This document shows, piece after piece, positions 39,601-51,600 of a stretch of DNA of 64,000 nucleotides (position 1 is its first letter; each line of letters starts with the position of its first letter). The notes beneath the pieces are model-generated. The model had not been told where the DNA came from. It worked only from the letters and a program-made list of their open reading frames with translations, and did not search any database. Source of the stretch: Phoronis australis (taxonomy: Eukaryota; Animalia; Phoronida); NCBI GenBank assembly GCA_002633005.1, contig NMRA01000138.1, positions 804,795 to 868,794 of the forward strand, in the 5' to 3' direction. A program made the translations under genes and the position numbers.

Positions 39601-42600
39601 TCTTAGCCAATAAATAACTTTTGAAAAGTAGTCATGGTAACCATCATGTGACATAACTTTTATGGCCCTCCAGCTTTTCTGTACAAATTGCCTAAAACAT
39701 CTCACTCACGTATCTTTGTTAATGGTATTTTTGTAATTAAGTAAGCTTAAAGTGCATTTATGTCTCTCACACCAAGTTGTCTAGTGAGTCACCATTTGCT
39801 TCCAGAGAATCTCCTATACTTAATAGTTCGAGTTTCTGGTCATATTTTGATATGGACAGTGTTTCAAGCCATGTGATAATAGCAATTTTACGTTCATAGT
39901 AATTGTGGTATTTGTGTTTTGTAAGCGTCTTTGTTGTTAGGGATTACTGGCCTTAGAGGGTGAGCTGACACCAATACTTGTGCAGATGGTGAAAAGTGCC
40001 AATACAAACGGTCTTCTTGACAATGATGCGGAGGCAGCCAAGTACCAGTCAATGTGAGTACTCACCTGACCACTTTTGTAGCAGTTTAGTTGCGCGTTAT
40101 TGAGTGCTTGGTACATCACTGATGTCTAAAGGCCCTTTAATTGACTTTTTGATGTTTTGGGAGTTGCGATGAGTATGAATGTTAACTTTGGTCCTGGATC
40201 GAAGTTAACAATGGTAGTTAACTTTGCAGTGAACAAGTAGATTTAACAGCAGAGTGTCGACGCTTCAGCGCAGTATGAATAATCAAGTTCGGTCTCATCG
40301 ATGACTGGGACACCTACCGTTTACTTTGATGTCCATAATTAACTCCCAAAGCCGATATGAATGGTTCAAATTAATTTCACATTTTACATCGACGCTTCTG
40401 TCATACTGGAGTTATGTTATTATGTTTTTCAGTCACTGTGTTAGTTAATGGATTGGTCTTTGGGTTTGCAAAATAATGTGATTGATGAAATATTCCTTTT
40501 ACAACACCATCATCATTTCGCTACTATTGCTTGCATTCTGTTAATGGTGGCCAAACAAACTGTTATTAACCATGACGTGTGTCTAAGATAATCAGTGAGA
40601 ACTGACAATGTTGACTTTGACAAAGGATTTGTTGCCTTCCAGAGTGAAGTTCAAACTGCACTCAATACTCAACCAGAACTGTGATTTTAGTGACGAAGAC
40701 TTGCAACAGGTCTGTTTACTTAAATCAACTGTCTGGCACTTCTGATAGTATTTTACAATGGTGTCATGCAGAAGGGACTAGACAAGTGTTAAATAGATGT
40801 CAAAACTCATTACTGGTGCTAAAATGTAAGACAGCCCTATTATAAAATCATTATAATTGAAATCCATTATTTTGAGTTGCCATTTTGTCTATGCACAGCA
40901 GCTGGAACCTTTGAGTTCACTACAAAATACCCTACAGATGGCAGTGTAGTAGGACATCTTAACATGTGTTACCTGTTCCTAGAAAAGACTTCACAAGATA
41001 TCCTACGACAGCCTCTGTTGACACACTGGAGTATGACCACACCTCAAGACAATACGCATTGACATGGTCTTCTTTACAATACAAAGCTGTGTAGTCTATA
41101 TTGTTTATCAATTGTAATGGCACAAGGTTAGTTATGACGTTCTGCGTCTTACTGTCCTGGAGAAGAACATTTGTGTCACTGATCAAGCCTCCCACTAATT
41201 AAATATATCTGAAATAAAATTTTAAGAAAAAGGATTCAACTCAATCTCGGTCATTTTGTTGAAGAGAAGAAGATGTATTAGAAACATGACAAAAAGTAAA
41301 CATTGATAATGTACTTGGACATCATAGTCAAGATAATTAAGCTCTTAATAAGGTGTTTGTGATGTGGTTGGTAAGTTACTTACTGTTTTATTCACCCAGC
41401 TGGCTCCAGAAGGCAACACATCAGTGTTGAATGCTGCGCGCTTCGTTCAAAATCCATGCCAAGTGTGTGTCAAGATACACCAGCACATGCGCAGTTTGTT
41501 AGAGCGAATCAAGGAGTTACAGAAAGAGGCTGCTGGTGGTGTAGGTAAGAGTCTGTAATGAAACGGTAAAAGTCTGTTAGGAGGGACTGTAAGGTCCAGG
41601 AGAAGAGCAAAGGGTCTAGGAGGACGTCTATGGGTCTATAAGAAGATGGTAGAGATATTTGTGAAGTTCAGTGGAGGGCAGCATGGGCCCTTGAGAAGTT
41701 GTTGTCTGTGAAAGAATGACAAGGATTTATGAGGGGACAGTGAGGGTATATGCCGAGGCATTAAGAGTCTTTGAGGGTTGGCTAAGATAGCATGAGTGTT
41801 AGCAAGGGTTCATTGGGGGACAGAGTGATCCTCACAGGAACTATTAGGGTTTGTAAGGGGATGGCCACCAGGTAAATGTCTGTGTGAATGGGCAGCAAAG
41901 ATTCATGAGATAATATTAATTGTAAGTGATGAGAGAATAAACATCTGAAGGTTTGGGAGAACAGTCCTTACAGAGAAGATATAGGTCCATGAATGAACAG
42001 TTAGACAGTATAAATGTCTATTAGTTCATCTTAGCTTCACTGTTAGGTAATAACTCCCTTGCTCATTGCGCTAATCCATTAAAGGATGTAGGATGAGCCT
42101 TAACATACTTATCTCTAGATTCCATGCAACATGGCAGAATTATGAGGTTTGCCTCATTGTGGCAATCCTAGTGCTACATTTCTGACAAAGTTGATATTTG
42201 TAAAGAGTGTGGTATGTTGCCATATTTGGACCAACTGGGCTCGTTTTTTTTGCCCCTAACTCAGATAGGAGGGAACTTTGACTTGAGTGTGTCGTTCATT
42301 GCAGAGCCTAAACTCTATCACAGTGAAAACTTAGAGTTGATGTTGCGTCGATGGAGCAAGCTGGAGCGAGACTTCCAGATGAAAAACGGACAGTTTGACA
42401 TCTGCAAAGTACCTGACATATATGACTGCATAAAGTACGACCTGCTGCATAATCAGGATTGTCTCAAGTTTGACCACTGCAAGGAGTTGTACAGCCTGGC
42501 GAAGGCTATGGCTGACATTGTTATCCCCCTGGTGAGTTGGAAAAATGGGATGTGACTAAATCAGCTGAATACATTGGTGTCGGTCTGTAATCAATGAATT

Positions 42601-45600
42601 TATACCACACTTTTGATTCCATTGGTCAGGCAGAAAAGAAAGTAGTTGAATGTATTGATGCCATTCTCTGGTCAAGAGGCAGTAATCAATTTCTTTTAGT
42701 TTTTAATTAGTGTCTGATATCTGGAACTGTTAGTGAGTCAGAGGAAGGTGATGTTAGTGATCTGATAAAGTGAAAATTGATGGCACTGTTTATTCAGTGT
42801 AGCTCATTGTAATCTCAGCTAGAGTTTGTTAGGTTGATGATGAGGGAATCTGATTCTCTGCTTTCCAGTGTAAAACGAAAAATAAGGTAGAATGATGGAA
42901 TAAAATGTATGAAATACAAATGACCAGTATATGAAGCTGTTGTAAAATTGGTTTAATCCATTTGAGTGAGAAGATTCAGTTATCAGGTATGGAGATTTGA
43001 CTGTTTGTTTCAAACTTGTTTATGTGTGATTTTTTTATTCATAATGTTGTGTGTTTGTAGGTGTTTTGTCAGTGGATGGATATGATGTCTTTGGTTGTAT
43101 CTAACTGGGAGAGCTGAATGGAAAGATGGCTTGTAATATTTAGATGATATGACAAGCACTGCTCTTTTTTAGGAGTATGGTATCACAACACCAGAAAAGC
43201 TGAGTATTGCGCTCACTCGTTCACAGTCAGTGTTGAAGAAGATTCACGGTTGGTTGTCGTTACAGGAATATGGCATTAAGGCTGATGAGAAGCTTCACAT
43301 AGCTACGAGTATTGCCTCGCCGCTACTGAGGAAAATTGAGAGCGATCTAAAAACCACACATGAAACCGAAGACGACAGTACTCGCTTAGACTCGAGGTAG
43401 TACCCAAGGGTCTGTAAGGCAGGCGGCCATCTTGTATTAGTCAGCTGATCAGACTGGCAGCCATTTTGGATCTGTTTAACTATCATAGAGCTCTGTGTGT
43501 TGGTGTGTTAGTTGTGTTCAGTCTGGTTTTTCTGCTTGTTCTTCCTTTCTGTTGGGTTAATTTGTGTTTTGGGTACTGCACTTCATAATGCTGGTCTAAT
43601 TTTACCAACAAAAAGAAAAACTTCAGTTTTTCTATATTTCTTAATTCATTACTTTTCATTTATCTCTCTGGGCTGCTCATTAGAAAAATCTCTCATGTAG
43701 TGAGCTCTCCAGTTAAAAGCGTTTGACATCAGTGTGGAGAAGTGTTCCAGGCAATCTTTTGTCCAGCGTCACACACGCTGATACACAATCAATTATCTGC
43801 CAAGCTTCAAAGAGTTACTATTGATGTCATTTATCATCATTTTATAATCATATGGTTCTTCTCTCAGACAAAAAGATGATAGTCCTACATTCTTATTGTG
43901 GGCTGTTGGGGCTTGCTGTTTCTTGCTTGTTCACTTATCTATTGGCAAAGTACTACACTGGAATATACCATGAAACAGGCCAACTTTCTAATGTTATGGT
44001 TATTGAGTATGGTGTTCAAAGTAATTCAAATTCAAAGCTTGGTCAGTGATTTTGCTTTATTATGTTCACTCAGAAATTAATTATGGCTGTCATCCGTCTA
44101 TGGATGCTTCTCAGAACACACCACTTACCAGATTGTCACCTGTGACCTCCGTAATACGCAGGTCTGAGCTTGGTTTAATATAAGGCTGAGGGAGAACCCA
44201 CTAACAGCATTAGACTAATCCCTGATATGGCCATCTGCTTGCTGTACTGTTTGTCTTGTGTTTTCGTTTGCTAACTGTTGTCAAAGTGCCAATATGAACA
44301 CCGTGTGGCTGAAAAATTTGGCTGAAGTTTGTCAACCATTTTAAGTTGGTATACTCAGAGAAACTAAATCTTATTGCATCAGTGATCAGCTTATAAGTTC
44401 ACACAGAGTGCAATATTGCTTTGTTGAGTAAGTACTAGTTAGAATGCCAACATTGCACATGAAAGGTGATTCATATTGCTACTTAAATGTTTTGTTCATG
44501 TTGCCGCATGGTTGGTTTGTTAGTGTTATGTGTAGCATGACATGATTTTGATTGGCAGCAATATGTCGCTGGCGGAGCAAGAAAAATGGGCATTATTGTT
44601 TTTAGGGCTAAAAAAAAACGCTTTTTGGGAACATTATTGGATGTGATAGACTTCTTAAAGTAATTAGCTTTTGACCAGAACTGTAAAACAAACAGAATCC
44701 GTTCAACTTGTTTTTGTGGTGTTATTACAAACCACCAATTCTAGCTGTTACCTGCCAGACATTAGTAAAAATCCAGGCTGGTGTCCTTACCATTTAAATA
44801 CCCTGATAATAATCTACTAATTATGGTGTTGGGTTTGGTTCAGCAATAGTGCATTCGACCGCTGATGTAGAGCTACTGGGTTTGATTCCATGCTTCATGC
44901 AAATTTTCTAAAATTATTTTTCTCCCTAGGAATGTCCCTCTAAATGACAATTTGGCACCAATACCATCACTAACACCTAATAATGTATGTTTTGACAATC
45001 CAGATATGTATTGTTTTAGAGTGATGTCAAGATTTTAATCAAAAGATCATGTTAGACTATACTTCCACTTGTTGAAAAAGCGATTTTTCAATCCCATTCC
45101 TTAGTAGAGCTTACCCACAAGGGTTGACACGCTTGGGATATTTTAGTTGAGTTTTTAATGTTTATTCCGAAAAATGCACTCATTTGTATAATTACAAGAC
45201 CTAAGTACAGAAAGCACTAGAAAGCATTATATTTAAAATAATAATTGCTGGCAGTCTGACTGGTACATTTGGTACCACATGTGCAAAGTCTGCACATGTG
45301 GGCTTGTTGCACCGATCACTCGGAACCATTTTTGTGCTTAAAACCGAGCTGAAGAGCTAGAAATCTGACTCAAGGTTCTAGCAATGTGGCCCAGCAATTC
45401 TCGAATCCATGACCTCAAGTAAAGAAAGCAGTCACCTATCACACTAGAACACACTGCCTCCTCAAGCATCATATTTGAGCGTGGTATTATTTTTTTAAAT
45501 GAAATTCAATGATCTTCATTGACTTTGAAACAAAACAGGTGTTATATCCTGTTAAGTCAAGGTAATTTTTTGGCAATTCTCTCTACCAATATAACATTCC

Positions 45601-48600
45601 ACTTTGCCATTGTCAGAACCCTTGACTTTTTGTGTGTCCGTCGTGTGAAGTCCTAAATATTGCCATTTTACTTGCTCTGTATTTCTTTCTTTTGCTGAGT
45701 TTTTAAAAGATTTATTTACTTGTGTGTTCTGAGTAGTTTAGTAATTTACTCATATTGGATTATGGGTAATCAAAGACATGTGATCTCATGAAAGACAAGT
45801 TTAGTGGACAAGTCCTCACTGTTTCTTTTCTGGGAGGACTTTGCTGACTGAGGTCCTTGTTGTGTGTCACTTTACATAACATTTTTGTACTGAGCTAAAT
45901 GTTGAGACTCACAGCATGTAGCAGCACTGCTAACCTCAAATATTGATTTGCGATTATTTTGGTTCATGAGATGTTTTGTACCCTTCTGCTAATTTTAGGG
46001 TGCTTGAGCTGTCACTGTTTAATGTATACAGTTGTGTGCTTAAGAAGCCTATGCATGTCATTGTTTCACTCTGAAATGTGGAAGTGTAGCATTGTTTGTT
46101 AATGACTCTTTGGGCATGCTGTCTTGTTGCTGACTTCCAGAGATTTAAGCAGACACGAAAAATTTATTGATGAGGCCAAACAAGAATAATTGGTTCTAGT
46201 CTTTACCCCGACTCATTTTGAGACCTGAGCTCACCGACTAAAAAGTGCCTGCTGGCATCAACTTCAGTCTGCACATAAGCACCTAAATAAGGATAAGCAA
46301 GGGTTGAAGCATGGTTTGCCTTGTGATGATGGAATTAAATTGTTCATTTGAGGTGGATTTTCTTTCTTACAAAAATGAGCAAATAAAAATGCCACGCTAC
46401 CTACTCAATTTTCAAAAAAGACCATATCCAACAAATCAAATGCTTTTTTGGCCTAATTGGATGAATCATCTGCTTTAGTTTTAATACTTGATATGGCTGT
46501 GGCATGCCTCCACAATTAGTTTCTATCTAAACCATTTTTCCTTAATTCCAAGAAATGTTGATAACAAGGACCTCTGTCAGACTAGCAACTATGGCTTTGA
46601 GATTATGTGATGTCAGACTAGCAACTATGGCTTTGAGATTATGTGATGTCAGACTAGCAACTATGGCTTTGAGATTATGTGATGTCTTTTACCTGTTTTC
46701 TGTTGTTAGACTACTGCTAGGCTCATGGTTAGACAATGTACTTTTCATGTCTCAATAGTCATAAGCTGTGTCTAGGCTCAACTGACCACCGGGCCAAAAA
46801 TGTTTTGGCAGAACTTTGCCTTTTTAATAGTGCAACTTACATCCGATCAATTTACTCCGGCTCAGTTGGCCATATGTATTGACAGAAAAGTTGTTAACTA
46901 GGCTGTACTTGCCTTTTCACGCAGACAAGTGTCCTGCCATTTACAGTTGAGCACAGAGTATGAAACTTCCAAACTTTTCACTTTCTGCTTATCACCAGTA
47001 GTTTTGTGGATCCACTTGTGATCTTTGACAGCTTGCATACAACTTGTAGTTTGGACACATGTTATTTAGAATTTAAATTATTTAATCATTATGTAGAAGT
47101 TGATGAATTAAGGCTTAATTAAGATTTATTTAGCTTGTTAATGTTATTAAGCTATTTTGTTTAATGTGTTTTTGAAGCTTTTTGTTGATTGTGACGAAAC
47201 TGGATGGAGGAGATATATACGTTTCTCAGCTGTTTTGAACTTTACACCAGTTGTGTAGTAAGTTATGTCTTAAAGAACATGTGTAGTTTCACATGGGTTG
47301 GACGTGTAGTTTGTGTTACGCGATATGTTTACTGGTGACATACTGGCATGAAAGACAGTTACAACTTTTCAAAGAAAAGCATAATTTATATTAATTTATT
47401 CACCTGGGGCCAGTTCATAGATATATTATTGTCAGTATTAATTAGTAAATTTTGTTGACAGTTACCTGCCACAAATCCCATGTAAGTGATATTCAACAGT
47501 GCCAGTCATTTGCAAACCACAAATTACTTTATGTACACACTGTTTTTTCAGGCAAAAAATTAGTTCCATACGTCAGAATTGTTGTTAATGTGTTGGTAAT
47601 GTTTTTGTTATTCTTGTTTTTCATGTTTTTTCTGGATGCTCTGTTGTGTTTTACTAGGTACTCATTAGGTATCTCGACGCCTCATCGCCATGTTAAAACG
47701 CGATTGTACTTCACAAGTGAGAGCCATATTCATTCACTGTTATCCGTCATACGCCATGGAGGCTTCTTGGACGTAAGTTATGCAAATGCCAGTTAAGTCT
47801 CACCAATTGCAGATATAAATGCTGGTCAAAAGCACCATTCTTAATTTACGCATTTCAAGAGTATCTAACGTGTAAATGAGTGGTGGTAGCCATAACTGTA
47901 ACAATACTTGACAAGAGTAAGTCATCAATGTGGTATTGTTGTCTTAAGTAAAAAGACAAATTGAGTGTAATTTCACTAAATCTTGTTATCCATATTGTTC
48001 ACTGGATTGGCGAGATCATACCGTTAGTATCCTGGCTAGTGTGTGTGTGTGTGTCAAATTAGTTTCACAGATGTGAACAGTTAGTCAGCATTATTTTTTT
48101 TACAATTGGTCAACATTGTAAAAAAGTGGTTGTGGGCAGTGTATAGCCCAGCACAGGTGTATAGCCCAGCGCAGGTGTATAGCCCATAGCAGGTGTATAG
48201 CCCAGCATAGGTGTATAGCCCAGCTTAGGTTTATAGCCCAGCGCAGGTGTATAGCCCAGCGCAGGTGTATAGCCCAGCGCAGGTCTATAGCCCAGCGCAG
48301 GTCTATAGCCCAGCACAGGTGTATAGCCCAGCGCAGGTGTATAGCCCAGCGCAGGTGTATAGCCCAGCGCAGGTGTATAGCCCAGCACAGGTGCTAACTT
48401 AAAGTAATACGTAAAGTTTTGTAGAAGCCTTTACTTCATTCCTGATCTTGCTTCTATAGGTGTATTGATCACATGTTGAAGTGCTTGAAATCACCAATTT
48501 TGTATCAAAAACTCCAAAAAACAACCCCACCATTCGATCAGCTGTCAAATCAGAACACTCGCAAATGCTATCTGACGATATGTTAATTAGAGGAACTCAA

Positions 48601-51600
48601 GTTACGAGCATTTATTGGTGGAAACATGCTATGAAAAATTGGGACAACCAATCACAAGTCATCCTCCATTGTGTTACAAATAGTTGCTGTTTGTTTTCCG
48701 GTGGTGCTTGTTACAATTTAGTATTTGACCACGCTGTAGCTCAGTCTTTTCACTTTGCTGTGGTACATTGGAGAAGCATAAGTGTGTACAAGAAACTCGC
48801 GTGTTGATGGACATGATGCTGTAGTGCTGGGTACATTCATACGTCCTGCTCATATCTCTGAAGCTATGAAACTTTCAAATTGAAGTCACTTTTAGTCTTC
48901 TTACAACACCTGAAAATTCTAAGAATGCTATCTAGCTTAATAATGAAGACTCAGCCGAAATATGTTGACTTTGTATTAATTCTAAACACCACACCGCTGT
49001 GCTATTTGTCTGTTTTCATCAGAAATCTGTACTTCACAAGACACGTGTTTTGTAGGATAGCCATGATGAGCAATGGAGGAGAGCCATGGAGTATGTGAAG
49101 GCTGTACCAGAGTTGAACTACATGACTCAGATTGTGATCATGGTGTATGAAGACCCTAATATGGTAAATGAGGGAACAGTGGGCTGGCATTGAATTAGGG
49201 AATGAGAGGGTCTTGTAGTTAAAAATTAAGATCATTGTATAAGGCGACAGTGGGGGTGACTAGTGTTGAAATAAGGAGTGTGAGATGGGTAATGTAGATA
49301 AACTGCATGACTATAATCTTGGTAGGAGATCGTAATGATAAACAAGGGGTGTCTTAATTAATGTCATGGTATAGAATGAGAGACAGTGTAATTTGTACGT
49401 GACAACTCAGGTGTTGGTGCTAGTGTATGTGGACTGCAATAATGGTAAATGAAGGACATGTGAGGGTGTGGTAAAATGTGAACCTGTGCAATTGTTTAGT
49501 AAGTATTCCTTAACTACTTGATACTGTTGATCTTCCGTCTACAATACGTCAGTTAATAATGCAACAAGATTCTCATTGATGAAAGCCTCATTCACTGCTG
49601 TTTCTAAAAACCTTCACTTGTTTTGGTTTGTGTTTTTGGGTGAAATACTTTTTGAATTTGATAATTCGTCAAGTGTGTGTCTCAAACTGTTTACAGTTTT
49701 CCCCATCATTGCTCCCTCAAATTTATGTTTTTGCTCTTTGAAATCGGTGCTTTTGACATTTCTTAATTGAAATTGCATGTGATGGTGCAGTGAAGGTATA
49801 TCATGCTTTTCTGTAACGAAGTTTGCGAGGACTGATGTTTTACTCTTAGAAATTATGACTTTTCCTCATTTTATTTCTCTAGGAACCAACGTCAGAGGAG
49901 AGATATCATGTTGAAATCCACTTCAGCCCAGGTGCTGTTAGTTGTGAGACAGAGAAACATGATGTGCCAGGGACAGGGTACCGCCCCAGGAGCACCACAA
50001 GCCAGGTATGCTGACTGGTTCTTGTTGACCAATAAATTCTTCGTTGCTACGAATACTGACTGGTTCTCTTTGACCAATGAGTTCTTGGGTTTTAGAATGA
50101 GTGTTCATGTCACTGCCTATTAGAATATGAATAATGTAAAGTTACCTTTCAGAGTCATGGAGTTTGTTGAAACCAGTAGCTTTTGGTCTCATCTTGAGAC
50201 CTTCATGAAGTGGAATGGCAGGTAACTGGAGCCTCGCCGTGTTTGTTATGTCGCATGACAAAGATGACATAACAGACATGGTCGAGGCTCCAGTTACCCG
50301 CCATTCCACCCGACGAAGGTCTCGNAAACGTAGTGGTTTCCATAAACATCATGACTCCAAAATGTAACTTTTTATTATACAAGTTCTTAGTTGATATGCA
50401 TTCTGATTTGAGTTTGGGATCACCCCAGGATTGTTACATTAATTTTTTAGTGTCATTTTTGATATCATTCATAATCAATCTTTACTTGTTGATGACGCAC
50501 TGATATATTTATTGTGACAACAAGTAGTGAGGTGGATGATCAAGCAATTCTTAGACTATTTATTGCTAATTTTGAAAACAAATTAATAAGCCTGCATATG
50601 AGAATCATGTAATTTTTATGTAACTGCTAATCATCTGTTAAATTTAACATTCTGTTATACTTGGGGTATTAAAGTAGCTCTCACAATAGCATTGGTGGTC
50701 ACCTTTGATCAGTGCATGTGTTTATCCAATGAGTGTTTGCCTAAGGCTAATGGTAGATGTTTGTATTCCAGTTGTCCTGCGCTGACCTTAGTGAATCTGC
50801 TAAATGTCCGGATGAGCTTACTAAGCCTACCACAGTCACTAGTCCAGCCCATGGTAGGAGGTCATCTCCTGTTAATAGTACGTTGGATGAGATTGAAGAA
50901 ATGCAGGTGGATCCATGTGTAGAAGAGTGTAGTCATGGTAAAAAAGAGCAGGTAAGAGGTGAGATAGGAATGTGTAGTGATGGGTGGGGGATGGGGGCTG
51001 GGGACTGGGCTGGAATGTGGATGGAGGTACATGGAGAGTCATGTGTAGAGCAGTGTAGTGGCAAAAGGGGATGGTGGCTGGGGACAGGGCTGGATTATGA
51101 GTGGAGGTGTATGGGGAGTCATGTTTAGAGGAGTGGGGTGATAAAAAGAGACCCATGTGTACACTCAGTAGTGTAACAGTTACCTGGTATGAGGTGGGAT
51201 GGAGACATGTGGTCATGGAGATGGGGACAAAGCAAGTGCAGTTTTCTTGTGTGACGGAACAAGTAAGGGTGACAGAGCTGATGTAAGAAGTGGGGTGGAG
51301 ATGAGTGGTGATGGAGATAGAGTTGTGTGAATAGGTGGAGATGAGTGATTATGGAGATAGAATTGTGTGAAGAGGTGTGGAGCGGGAACACTGTGAAAGG
51401 TGATGACGAGTGTATGGGTGTGGTGGGGATGGAGACAGGGATGATGAGGAAATGATGGAGTTGAGGATGACAACTGTTATGGATATGGGCATGCTAAGGG
51501 GAAAGGTTTTGTTGGTGGTGAAGGTCATGACAATACTGAAGACTATGATGGTGATGGCAATACTGAAGACTATGATGGTGATGACAATACCAGGGCTTGG

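Noticed and set aside
44825-44895. tRNA-like sequence (similar fragments near 1670, 32938 and 53050)
   Set aside because: Only partial A or B boxes and no complete cloverleaf; likely SINE debris rather than tRNA genes.
46141-46190. ccag|A GAT TTA AGC... ([15 protein letters not shown]) as partner exon for A1
   Set aside because: Wrong phase, runs into a stop and overlaps a MITE end; 44074-44161 fits better.
48110-48388. ORF with LGYTPA repeats
   Set aside because: Translation of an 18-bp intronic minisatellite; no splice or homology support.
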